64,000 nt of DNA from Podarcis erhardii (lineage: Eukaryota). Of this stretch, positions 11,683 through 22,845 are shown piece after piece. Location of the stretch: assembly GCA_964252035.1 (NCBI GenBank), contig OZ176201.1; one strand, given 5' to 3'. The number at the start of each line of letters is the position of its first letter. Position 1 is the first letter of the stretch. The notes under the pieces are model-generated. The model was not told the origin of the DNA, did not search any database, and saw only the letters and a program-made list of their open reading frames with translations. The position numbers and the translations under genes are program-made.

Positions 11683-14430
11683 GTAAGTTTCTTTTTCATT
11701 AGTGATGCAGTCACTCCATCTGTAGTATGTTGTGGCTGGCCACTGACAATAACGGAATTTTCACCATCTGTATTTTCTACATTTCACTTCCTTCTGACCT
11801 TACAATTTATAGTTCTCTCCACCATATGTGTGTGTATATTCCTATAATTTAGGATTATACTTCAGGTATCTGGTGAAGTGGACTATAGCCCATAAAAGCT
11901 TATGGCATAATACATTTGCTAATCTTTAAGTGGCCACAAGTGTCTTTCCTATTTTTCCTGCAATGGACTAACACAGCTAATTCCACCTACAGGCTGTTTC
12001 ACAATCTTGCTGACACAAAGCATATCACAGTATAGGTCTGCATTGGCCTAATATCTGGGAGAATTACATGCTGTTATAATGTCACCCATGTTCTTTGAGA
12101 TTTTGAATCTTTCTCATAGTTTCCCACATAATCAAGTACGTTCACCTGTCCTAGATGGTGTTTTAATATATTTCCCTAAGAGTTCAGGAAATTAGCATAA
12201 AATTAGACACCACTCAGCATGATGCTTAGAAGAATTAAAGTACAATATTCTGAATTTAGTGGGTGTACTTCCAAGTTAGTGTGAAGCTGTAATATGATAA
12301 ATAAACTATTTCATTGAAATTGGATAGGGAAGGGTTTTTTGTTTCTTTGCTCAAATTACAGGCATGGGAAATGTGTCTTCTAAGCGAAAGGGGGAAAACA
12401 TTAATTTCTTTGTGAGTGCTGAGATCAGGTTGTAGTAGTTATTCCAGGCATACACCTCTGTTCTAAGGAGCTGACAAATACAGTTGCCTCCTGCAAGGCT
12501 GAAGGTTTATCTAGGCTGCTATTTTCCTAGTTGATGTTTCAGTTTCGTAAGCCTTATTGCTTTCCAGTACCTCTAGCCAGTGTGTCTAGGTCACAGAGTT
12601 GTTTAGAAATTCTTGATACACTTTATGTCATCTACTAGATGCCTCTGTTATAAACACTGGAAAAAAGATAGACGACTGGACAGCAAAGCTCATGATTTCT
12701 TTGTTTATATATTGGCAATCCCATTTAGTTCCCTTTGATCACAATGCAAGTCATCAGGTGCTAAGCCAAAAAGCAAATCCATGTCAGAATTCTGTTTCCT
12801 CTCATTTTTACACTGTGGCAATATTTTCCAGTTTAAAACTGAAATTTTCATCTGCTGTGGCAATGAAATGGGATTACACAAGACACAGGAAGAAAGGAGA
12901 TTACACCAATTGTGGATCAGGCAATATAAACGAGAGGAGGGATGAGCCCGGTGCCAGCTTATTTTTGTGTTCTTCCACAAACTTCTAGGGTGACCTAGTT
13001 GGATTCTACATTTCCCCATCCCTTGACAGTTGCCTTGCCACTCCTGAATAATATTTGGGATAAACATGAGCGTGTGTAGTTGTCACATTACTCATATACT
13101 CCCCAATACTGTTACGTATTTATAACATAGGCTGTCATTAGATCTCACCGATACTGTACTTGGATTTTGGAAGGAAAAAACTAAATCTGAAGACAAGGAG
13201 GTAAACTTTACTGACCATTGCAAAGATAACAGATTGCCCCATTTTAGAAATTGGAACAAAGCCTGCATGTGAATTGGTCTTTACACAGAGTGTGCAACAA
13301 TGGGGGGGGGGTCACAAAGCAGGCAAATGGTGTTTACACAAGTGAAGGTAGTCTGGATTGTGATACGTTTCAATACATGTTTTTCATGATTCCCCCCCCC
13401 CCCCCAAAAAAAACACCAAACTTTTAGATGGAAGGACTAATGCACAAATGGAAGGATTAGCTTGATCTTTCCGTAAGCTTGTGAATATTTGTATGGTTTC
13501 ACTGGAGGTTTTTCTTTGCAGCTTTGCAAAGTTTTTTTTTAAAAAAAATAGTTGAAGAAAGTGAAGGAGTAAAGTAATTTAAATGAAAAGTGCTGTGTCA
13601 TCTCTTAAAGTAAACAATTAAACTGTGGAGCTGTGAAATCTGTGTAAGAACACCTCTGAGCTGTATCTGCCGTTTTGTTTTTAAACTTCTCTGATTACAG
13701 TATATCCTTTACCGCTCATCAGTCTTGGTGAATCAACATTTTGAATTAAATGTCAAATGAATCAAACTTCCCTCTTTAACTTCCAATCATTCCTTTGGTA
13801 TTGTGGTATGGCATTTGTTGCACCATAGGGAAGGCTGAATTGAGCTTTCTGTTTAAGGCTGAAGCTTCTTGAAGACTGCACAGTCTGTCACTGCACCTCC
13901 CCATGATTTTAGAATAGTTGGAAATTGCACAGGGGGTACCTGTGTGAGGAGTTTTCAAAATATGAGCACACATATTGCATAGTTTCAGTTTATACGCTTG
14001 TCACAACTTCTTTTCTACACCACAAGGGGGAAATCTGGCAAGGCTGTTACCAGCAGACTTTTCCCCAAACTAAGTAAAAATTACAAAATGCATTATTTCA
14101 AACATTAATCTTAAATTGTTATAAATGTATAGTGCTGGTGCAAACATTTGAACATAACCAAAATTGTTCAGCCACTTTCAAATATGTTTGAGATTTGTTT
14201 GGTTAAAATGATTTTGCTGCAGAGTTTCTCAGATCCTCCTCTTTTGCAATCTTGTTTTGGGAGTGTGTAGTAGTGCTTTGTTTTAGACAAACATACACAG
14301 AGGTAGAGAGCAGGAAGGAGAATGTATGGAGCTTAAGCAGATAAGATAGTTACTAGATTGTGTGGAGTGGCAGCCCCTGGCTGTATAGATCTGTGACTAT
14401 ACTGGCTTGCTAAGCTTCCCCTCTTCCTAG

Positions 14431-14512
14431 GAAGCGTTTGGAAGAATCTCCCTTGATGACACGAGCACAGCGAGAAACTCAGCTGAAGGACAAGCTTGAG
14501 CGCTATCCAAAG
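14431..14512 (+). CDS. ASPSCR1: ASPSCR1 coding exon (82 bp), KRLEESPLMTRAQRETQLKDKLERYPK
   Basis: Acceptor cttcctag|G and donor AAG|gtaatg; matches human KRLEEAPLVTKAFREAQIKEKLERYPK. Confidence 0.96.
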
Positions 14513-15219
14513 GTAATGTTTTGTTTTGGGTCTTTCACAAAGTGAGGAACAGAAAGGTAGTTAGTGGATGGTAAATTCTCAGGTACTGACTTCAGGTTAC
14601 TGGCATCATTGAACCATCTTCTGTTACATTCTGGGACAACCAAATGAATGGCAAACAGGGATAGCCGGTTTTAGTGGTGCCCTTAGCAGGATTCTTATAC
14701 CTGAAGGTTTGATGGGAATCCTGCCTGTTCTGCTCCCCTGGTTCTTTGCCCCATTTCTTTCCTTTAATTTGAGATCAATAGCTCTCTTGGAACAGTGGTA
14801 GAGCCCAGAATGAAGCTATAATAGTACTTAGCATTTATATACTGTGTTAAGTGTGTCAAAAGTTTGCTAAGGTGTCATAATTAGTATTTCCTATCTGAAA
14901 GAGAACACCTTGCCTAAGGTCACCAAGTGAGTTAATATCAGAGGTAAGATCTGAACAAGGAGCATCCTGATTAATAACTCAGTCTTAGCTAGCGTGCTAC
15001 CCCAGCTATCCATTGTTGTTCCTGACAACTTCTTGTTAGTGTGGGTTTCTAAAATAGCCCTTTCAAGTATCTTGAAAGCCCCAAATATAGTGTCAACTAG
15101 TCACAGTTGCTCATTCATGAAAAGTTTCTCAGGATGAGCTAGTCTTGTCCAAAGGCAGAGCTGGTTTGACCATGGTTTAGGTTTATTTGAGTAGGCTCCT
15201 GCTCTTTGTTTTCAACTAG

Positions 15220-15286
15220 GTGGTACTGAGAGTTTACTTCCCAGATCGTCATATTCTGCAGGGCTTCTTCCATCCCAGTGAAACAG
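15220..15286 (+). CDS. ASPSCR1: ASPSCR1 coding exon (67 bp), VVLRVYFPDRHILQGFFHPSET (UBX domain)
   Basis: Acceptor ttcaactag|GTG and donor G|gtaaga; matches the UBX-domain FPDR..LQGFF segment. Confidence 0.96.
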
Positions 15287-17244
15287 GTAAGAGTGTATCT
15301 CCCTCCCAGCTTCTGCCTCACCCCCAAGTAAGGTGCAGTGAAATAGAGAAAAGTTCCTTGCTCCCAGGCTAAGGTTTGTGACTTGAGATAGTTACACTGC
15401 AATGTCTCTAGTTGTTTGATTTGGGCGGTGCTTTAAAAGCTTGAAACTCAAGCACTGTGATCTGAATGAAGGAGGGCTGAGATTTGTGCTCTAAAGAGGA
15501 CAAATCTTCCAGGCCACTTACCGCTGCATTAGTCATGCCCAGATGAGGCCATTGAACAACAGGGTGTTGGTCTAGTGTAGTTTCAACCAGAGCCCAAAAA
15601 AGGAGCTGGAAACACTGAAGAGAAGTTGAATCAACCACTCTTCTTAAATGTGCCAGGGGCCAAAAGCAAAACCAGGCTTCCTGCACCTCTAAATAGCAAA
15701 AGGCTAGAACTTCCTGCGGCATGGCAGGGCACACACCCAACTATGCTTTCTGCCTTGCATCTGTCTCCATCTACGGAACTAGATGTCCGTTCCTCCTCAT
15801 GAATTTCTGCTCCTCCTTTGGCCTTAGGCTGGTGAGAGGGAACTCTAAAGTGATAGTTCTTTTGCACAGGCCTGACTAAAGTAAGATCCAGAATCTTCTG
15901 CCTTGCTGGCGTGAGATGTGTGCGTCAGCCCCTGTATTCCTAGGATCCTGAGTTGGGGCAGGTAGAACATACCAGATAGGAGGTGTTACACAATGCTGTA
16001 CAGATAGCTGGCTGGTTTATCTGCTGTACACTTAAACACTACCATTGTTGCCTATACCTTTTGAGGGAAGTGATTCGAATATTGAAGGGGGGCAGGAGAA
16101 GGCAGATAGGACTGTGGGTAACTACTGTTTGTGTTTCTCATTCTTTTGTGTCAGATGGCAATGGTGGTTGCTCGTGAGTAATCAGTCAGGACTGTCTTTT
16201 ACAGGTTTTATTTTGGTGCAAAACTATTTACAGTGCAGAACCACAAGTTCATGTCTGCCTCAATCGCTAGCAGAATCTGGGAGTGGTCGTTTCCGGGTCC
16301 TCCCCCAACATAATAGCTCAGTCACCCCCAGCCTTTTCCTTCCTTCTTTGCGTTTTGCACCTCTGCGCAGGGTGGGCGACGGAAGAAGCGTGGTTCCCTC
16401 CTGGCTGGCTTGACCAGGAGTGGTGCTGAGGCTCCCAGCAGCATCCTCTGGTCCCTTCCCCTCTTCCCCACTGGAGGTGTGGCTTTCCCCACCACAGGAA
16501 GAGGAACTGCTTCCCAAGATTTTCGGAGGTTTACTGTAACACAACTGCCCCTCTGCTTCCCTTCCCTGTTTCGATGGCAGTCCCCTGACATTTTGCTTTG
16601 TGTTGAATCTGGGTTTTTGCTCTATTTAGAAGCAGCCATGTTCCTAGCTACGCCATCTATCTTTCAGTCTAGCAAAGCCTGGAAAAATCGTTTGTGAGGG
16701 TCTCCGATAGCAAAACTGAACACCACTTCAGTTATTCCTTTCAGGGAAGCAAACCCTTTTGAATACTCATTGGGGGCAGAGCAGGTTTGTGCTGGCAGTT
16801 AATATAAGACAGAAGATTTGTAAGGGAAGTTTCTTCATTTATTCCTGGGCAGAAGAATTGGAACATACTGTTGAGACTTTGCATTGGGGAAACCAAGCCA
16901 GATCTTGATTAGGATGATAATTTTTTCCCCATCATTGAAGTCTCAGTGTTGGGGTGTTCATAGTGTGGGGAGGAGACTTCCAGCTATAGAGACAGAATGT
17001 GCAGTGATGAAGCTTGAAAGCATAGACAGATGTTACAATTCCTTTTGGTGAACCTAAAATAGGTGCTGATCAATGAAGACATCTCCTCTTGCTTTGTCCT
17101 CTCCATGTGTCTTTAAAACAGTGACTACATTGGTTTTCTTTTCTAAGCACTGCAGCAAAGGAGATGTGGTCAGTGCTGTAAAGAGAATGCTGCTCACAAT
17201 ATATCTTTTGATCCACACACCGATTTTCATGCTTTATTTGACAG

Positions 17245-17307
17245 TTGGTGCTCTGAGGAACTTTGTGAAAAGCCAGCTTGCAGATCCAGAGATGTCGTTC
17301 TATCTAT
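17245..17307 (+). CDS. ASPSCR1: ASPSCR1 coding exon (63 bp), (V)GALRNFVKSQLADPEMSFYL (UBX domain)
   Basis: Acceptor tttgacag|TT and donor T|gtaagt. Confidence 0.95.
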
Positions 17308-17532
17308 GTAAGTTCAGATTTATGTTTTATAACTTTTTAAATGCCAGTTCTCCAGGCTTACTGTCACCATCTAGGTCTTTTAATTTTAATTGCCACAGCT
17401 AGTGAGCTATGACTGCACCTCTGTCTCTCTCCTCCCCCCCTATTCCCTCTCATTCCCCAACCCTTTGCTAAATGAGCTTTATATATTTTTCTTGTTCTCT
17501 TTACCTAATGAGAACTTTGTGTTTTACTTTAG

Positions 17533-17585
17533 TTACTACACCTCCCAGATGCATCTTGAATGATGACAGTTTGACCCTCTTTCAG
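17533..17585 (+). CDS. ASPSCR1: ASPSCR1 coding exon (53 bp), (F)TTPPRCILNDDSLTLFQ
   Basis: Acceptor tactttag|TT and donor CAG|gtaatg; matches human FITPPKTVLDDHTQTLFQ. Confidence 0.93.
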
Positions 17586-17836
17586 GTAATGGCTGTATGC
17601 CTCTTCCTGTTTGGTTTGTTTTTCTTATCACAAAAATGCCTTTTTGCTTTTAAGAGCCTGAATAATTGCCTCCTGTGGGTCTCTATTAAGCCAAAGGTAG
17701 GTGAAAATCTGCAGTTGGAGTCTAAAGTGCACCCCTTTACGTGTGCACCTGGCATGTTACAAGGGCTTCCCATTGTTGAGCATAAGTGCTTCTGGCAAGG
17801 CCATTTTTGCCGTGAGTGAAGCAAATAAGCCCCACT

Positions 17837-18054
17837 GGGTGGAATTCAACTGAGTTGTTACATGCACAGAATGAGGTCAGCTTGCACAATGGGACTTCCC
17901 TCCCTTATATTCATATCCCCTAAATCTACTCCGAAGGGTTGGTGGAACCCACAGAACAGGTTTGGGGGGGCATGGAGGGGAGGGGAAGTCTTGTTGCACA
18001 AATGGACTTCATTCCCCACACATACCCTACTTAGCACTACATTGAATTCTGCCC
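17837..18054. mobile_element. Possible PIF/Harbinger-like MITE
   Basis: Termini GGGTGGAATTCAAC / ATTGAATTCTGCCC (11/14 inverted match), with ACT on both sides as a possible 3-bp TSD. Confidence 0.4.
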
Positions 18055-18618
18055 ACTGTGCTTACTGGGGCTTTCTCTGGAGTTAGTATGCATATAAGCG
18101 CAGCTTAAAATTGAATTATTTAGCATAGAAGCAAGCCAGCTGAAATAAAAGGAGAAGGGGCTACACATGCCCACAGTATTCACTAGTGTTCTTGTGAGAA
18201 GATTCTGAAAGGCCGTTACATCCAAAATTAAAACGTTTTCTCGTTGTCTCGTGACACTAACCATACGGAGCACTTTGATTGCATAAGTTGGGAGGTGATG
18301 CTGATGAATTGAGCTGTTTCCTTCCAGCTATACAAGGATTCGTGAAAGGGGGTTTTCCCCTCCCTGACTGTTGTGTGTACCTCCTGATAGATGTGGGAAT
18401 TGTTGTTGCATTGCGATCACCATGCTCCGAATTCTTGGGTAACTGGAAATGTTGCTTATATGAACTGAATTCCTGGAGGCTTTTCCAAATTGGACAACAT
18501 TGCTTCACTTTAAAAGGGTGCACAAGTATTGTGATATGGATATCCTTTTCAGAAGGTATTGATCGGAATGTGAGCTCCCCATAATGCCTGCATCCCAGGT
18601 GTGTGCATCTTAAAGAAA

Positions 18619-18799
18619 GGCTGTGACTCAATGGTAGGCAAATGGTTTGCATGCAAAAGGCCCTGGGTTCAATCCCCAGGCAGGACTGGGAAAGACCGCC
18701 GTCTGCTACGCTACGCAGAGAGCTCTGCCGGTCAGTGTAGACAATATTGAGCTAGGTGGGCCAGTGGTCTTGACAGCTGAAGGCAACTCCCTGTGTTCC
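18619..18799 (+). mobile_element. tRNA-derived SINE (Squam2-like)
   Basis: Head GGCTGTGACTCAATGGTAG, box B GGTTCAATCC at 18666, body CAGTGTAGACAATATTGAGCTAG shared with the reversed copy at 51869-52178. Confidence 0.7.
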
Positions 18800-21700
18800 C
18801 ATGTCTCTGTGACTTGGATCTTGACTCTTGATACCAGTCACTTCTTTCTGTTCATGGAGTGCAAGAAGCTTGTGTTAATTATCAATGTTGAGGATCACTG
18901 GAGCGACCTTCCTCCACTTCCCCCTTCTAGGGGAGGTAATTTTGCAAGTTCTCTGAAGTTCCTCCCTCTTACGGGTCCGTGCAACCCTGTTCTGTTTTGC
19001 CCCTGCCCCCCTTTCTTTTGATCTCCTTGCCTTCGGGCCCCAGATGAGAGTACGCACTTGCCAAGCGAACAGTCTGTCTCTGTTTTGGAAGGCCTGAAAA
19101 TGTGTGCTCTTGATTTTTAGGAAGGCTTACTGTGACGGAGATGAAGAACTCCTTGCACAAAAGGCTTTTTGCCTGAACCTAGCTACGGGGCTCTGGTTTG
19201 TTTTGCTAAATGCTGAGTGGAACTGAAAGGGCCTAGCCAACAAACCTCACCCGACTGAAGCTTTCCTGCCCAAAGAAAAGCGAGGCAGAACCAAAATTGT
19301 CACTCGCAGGGTATGATATACCAAGGGTCATTTGGAGGTTGACAGGTCATACAGAGTGTAACAGGAATCGGTTTGCGTAGTGTATGTCAGAGCCTCTCAG
19401 GCGGCATATTGAATTAGGAAAGGATTAGAGCTCTTCTGAAGTTGTTTATAATGGAGCTTTCCAAATTCCATGACTTCCTGGCCAGGCCATGTGGACGAGA
19501 CACCAGTGCAGCTGCTGTCAGAGCACTGAATGTGTAAAGAGCCAATACCGATGGCTACCTACGTTCAAGCTCAAGACCTGTCCCCTTTCTGACACACAGT
19601 GCCTCACAACTCCTTGCCAAGAAGCTTAGGTTACCCCCCAAAACATGTCTGTCTCTGTATGGTTTACTAATAGTGTTTTGTTTGTTGCCACAATGCTTAC
19701 ATTGGCCTCGGCCTCCTTGACCCCTGGGAATGTGTCGGGCCTGCGCACTTTTACAGAATGGGTGTGCTTTTATTGTTCATGGCTGGTGACTCCATAGTCC
19801 GGGCATGATGTAGCGGTTAGTTGTGTTTTCTGCCGTCTTGAGGCCCCTTCGGCATGCTTAATCAAAGTGTGCACAAAATACATTTTGACTTTCATGAGAT
19901 ACTTCTGCAAATCCCTTTCCAATGCCAGTAGCACTATACTCTGCTGGCATTTAACAGATCGGGGAGGGAGGGTATCTGTGCAACTGTTGGCCTCCTTTTA
20001 AAGTCCAGATGTGGTTAGATGTGTTCTTCAGAACGGGGGGGGGGGGGCATTTAGCCTTTAGAGTTTGTTTGCTTTTTAAGTGTTAATGAAAAAAAAATCA
20101 TCAAATGGTGGGGGGCGTTGCTGTGGGGAAAGTGGTACTCTTGAGTTTCACTTATTTTGTTTCATTTCTGCCTAATTTTCCACTCTGTAAAGAAACAAAA
20201 ACAAAAACAAACTTGTGTGTTCCAGCCCAGGAATTTATAGAGCAGGTACATGCATAACCTCCATATTATTATTTTTTTTAAAAAAGATGGAAAATATTTA
20301 CAAAACTGGACTGAGGTGGAAGAGGTGTTTTGCCCGTGACTAGTTACGTCACCAAAATATCAAGCAGGTGCCTGTAACACTTGTGGAAGTATATTCACAC
20401 AGCAGTGATCACACCGTCTGAAGGAAGTAGTCATATTTTCTGAGGTACGCTTTATTTGTCCAAAGAAGCATGCAACTAGTTCCGCGAGCCCAACGAAGCT
20501 CCAGAGTTGTTTTTCTCAAACTGCAGGCATCCCCCTGCCCTACCACCACAGTTCCCTGGGTGCTATGCACCAAGCTGCTTTCAAAACTGACAGGGATTTT
20601 AAATTCAGATGTTTGAAGGAAAAACCTTAAGAATTCAAAGAGGTTAGCAGAAACCTCTTGTCTGAGCTTGAAGCAGCTCTTTGGATTCTTGGCCAACAGA
20701 AGTTTGACCTTGGATTGGGGGCAGAGACATAATGTCTGTGCACAGCAAATGAGAAGCAAACACATATTTATCGTACAGTGGTGCAGAATGACCCTGAGAG
20801 CCATTTAGCACCTGAGCCTGGCCTCTGCTCAGATGTGCTTGCAGCCCTTCAATGCTGGAGCAGAAAGCTCTGTGCCTTTTCTTTCTGAGTCACAATGTCA
20901 TCTTGGTGGGGAGCAGTCAGTTCAGTGCCTTTTCTTCTTCTCTCCCCCCCCCCTTCAAAGCCACTGAAATATTTTAATTAATAGCAGAAGTGCCAGTGGA
21001 AAGGTCCCTTGTGCCTTTGAACTGGGCGACTTTCCCACTCATTGGGAAAGCAGCTCCTCCCATCTTCCCTTGTTTTGTGCCATCTTGCCCACAGCTGCCA
21101 CCCAACACGATCTCCGATTCCCACACGCTTATTGTGGTCGGAAGATAGGAAAATAAGAGAAGTTTTCTGTGGAGTTCTGAGAAGTCTTAGGAGGGAAAGG
21201 TCACACTGGGAGTCTGATTAAACTAGTGATTAAAACCTGTATCTGGAAACGGAAGTTTCTCTATACGTTTTGGCCCTCTTTAGCCCAGCCTATAGACCAA
21301 ACCAGACCTGTAAAGCAATTGTAACTTGACCTATCCCATTTTAATCAATGTGGGGTATAAAACCTTTGTCCTCTTGAGAAAATAATCAAATTAAAAAGTA
21401 ACACTGGGGGGGGGGGGAGACACACACAGAGACATGGAGTTGCAGGGGAGTCACTCCTCATTGTAATGTTACTACTCATCTCTGGGTCTTACATACAATG
21501 CACTGGCTGTGACTGAGTTTTGTGTGTGTCAGGCTCTTCTACGTTTCTTGAACACGCAGGAGTACTCATCCCACCCAACCTCCCATGTTGGCTTTGTCCT
21601 TGAACTTTGCTTCCCAACATAGATTTTTGCATCACCACCACCACTGCATATCTGAATACTTCTTGGATTTTAACTTCCTCTTTACCTAGGATGCTTTTCT

Positions 21701-22339
21701 TCACTTCTCTTTTTTGTGCATTTTCTGAATGTATTAACCAACAGCTGCAAGGGAAGGTTTAGTACCTTCTCACTCCTTGATCCAGCTATGGCGGCTTTCT
21801 GGTCTATATACCCAATTTTATCTATGAGTTTTTAGCATTCTAATATGCAGTTTTATTGTTACACATAAAGTAGGGTTTTTGTGTTTTGTGTAAGCAGGCA
21901 GGAGGTTTGAATGATACTACAAGCATGATCCCAGACAAATAGATATAGGATTTGAGTCTTAGGCTGCAATCCTAACCCCATTTACCTGAGAGTAATCTTC
22001 ACTGAATTCAATAGGATTTACTTCTTAGGTTAGTATTACTACCTTAAACTCCCTAGCGAAGTGGTTTCCTTGATATTGCCACCTATAAGGTCTCTGAGCA
22101 AATATTCCTGTTTTCATAAAGAGAGTTAGCAAAAGGTTAATGGAGAGAAGTTCAGAAAATAATTGCTGCAGCGACCATATAAGGACATCTGAAAATAATT
22201 CAACACAGATAGAATATCACAAACATTATTACTGTCAAAAATGGTCTTGTTCATAGTGATCTTCCTTTGATGGTCCGTTTAAAGTCTCTGCTATCTGAAC
22301 ACTTCATTCACAATCTGGAGTCAGGTCTCCAGTTCCTGA

Positions 22340-22471
22340 GAGACTAAAGCATCCACAACAAATGGCCATCTAACCTCTGCTTAAAAACTTCCAATGGTGG
22401 TGGGTACATCACTTTCCAAGGGAGTCCATCCCACTGTCAAACAGCTTTTACCTCCAGAAAGTTAATCCTGA
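22340..22471 (-). mobile_element. CR1 LINE fragment abutting a mariner-type MITE
   Basis: Homologous to 38210-38319 (CTAAAGCATCCA...CCATCTAACCTCTGCTTAAAAA...CAAGGGAG). Confidence 0.6.
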
Positions 22472-22478
22472 TTATGAT

Positions 22479-22845
22479 CACCGTATTTTTCGCCCCATAG
22501 GACGCACTTTTTCCCCTCCAAAAATGAAGGGGAAATGTGTGTGCCTCCTATGGGGCGAATGCAGGCTTTCGCTGAAGCCTGGAGAGCGAGAGGGGTCGGT
22601 GTGCACTGACCCCTCTCGCTCTCCAGGCTTCGCGCAGATCTCCGTAAGCCGTGGGAGCCCGCACTGGGCTCCCGTGGCTTGCGGAGAGTTGCCTGTTCTG
22701 GGGGCTGGGGTCGGGGGAAGCTCGGGCTTCCCCTGCCCCAGCCCCGCTCCTAGGGGGAAAATAATTTTTTTCCCCTTTAATTCCCCCCCAAAAAACTAGG
22801 TGCGCCTTATGGGACGGTGTGTCCTATAGGGCGAAAAATATGGCA
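22479..22845. mobile_element. Tc1/mariner (Tigger/pogo-like) MITE
   Basis: TIRs CCGTATTTTTCGCCCCATAGGAC / GTCCTATAGGGCGAAAAATATGG; homologous, in opposite orientation, to 40570-41068. Confidence 0.8.

Noticed and set aside
18619-18690. tRNA-like A/B boxes here and at 1505, 38797, 53048, 53400 and 57238
   Set aside because: They are SINE heads that continue into SINE bodies and cannot form a complete cloverleaf, so they are not tRNA genes.
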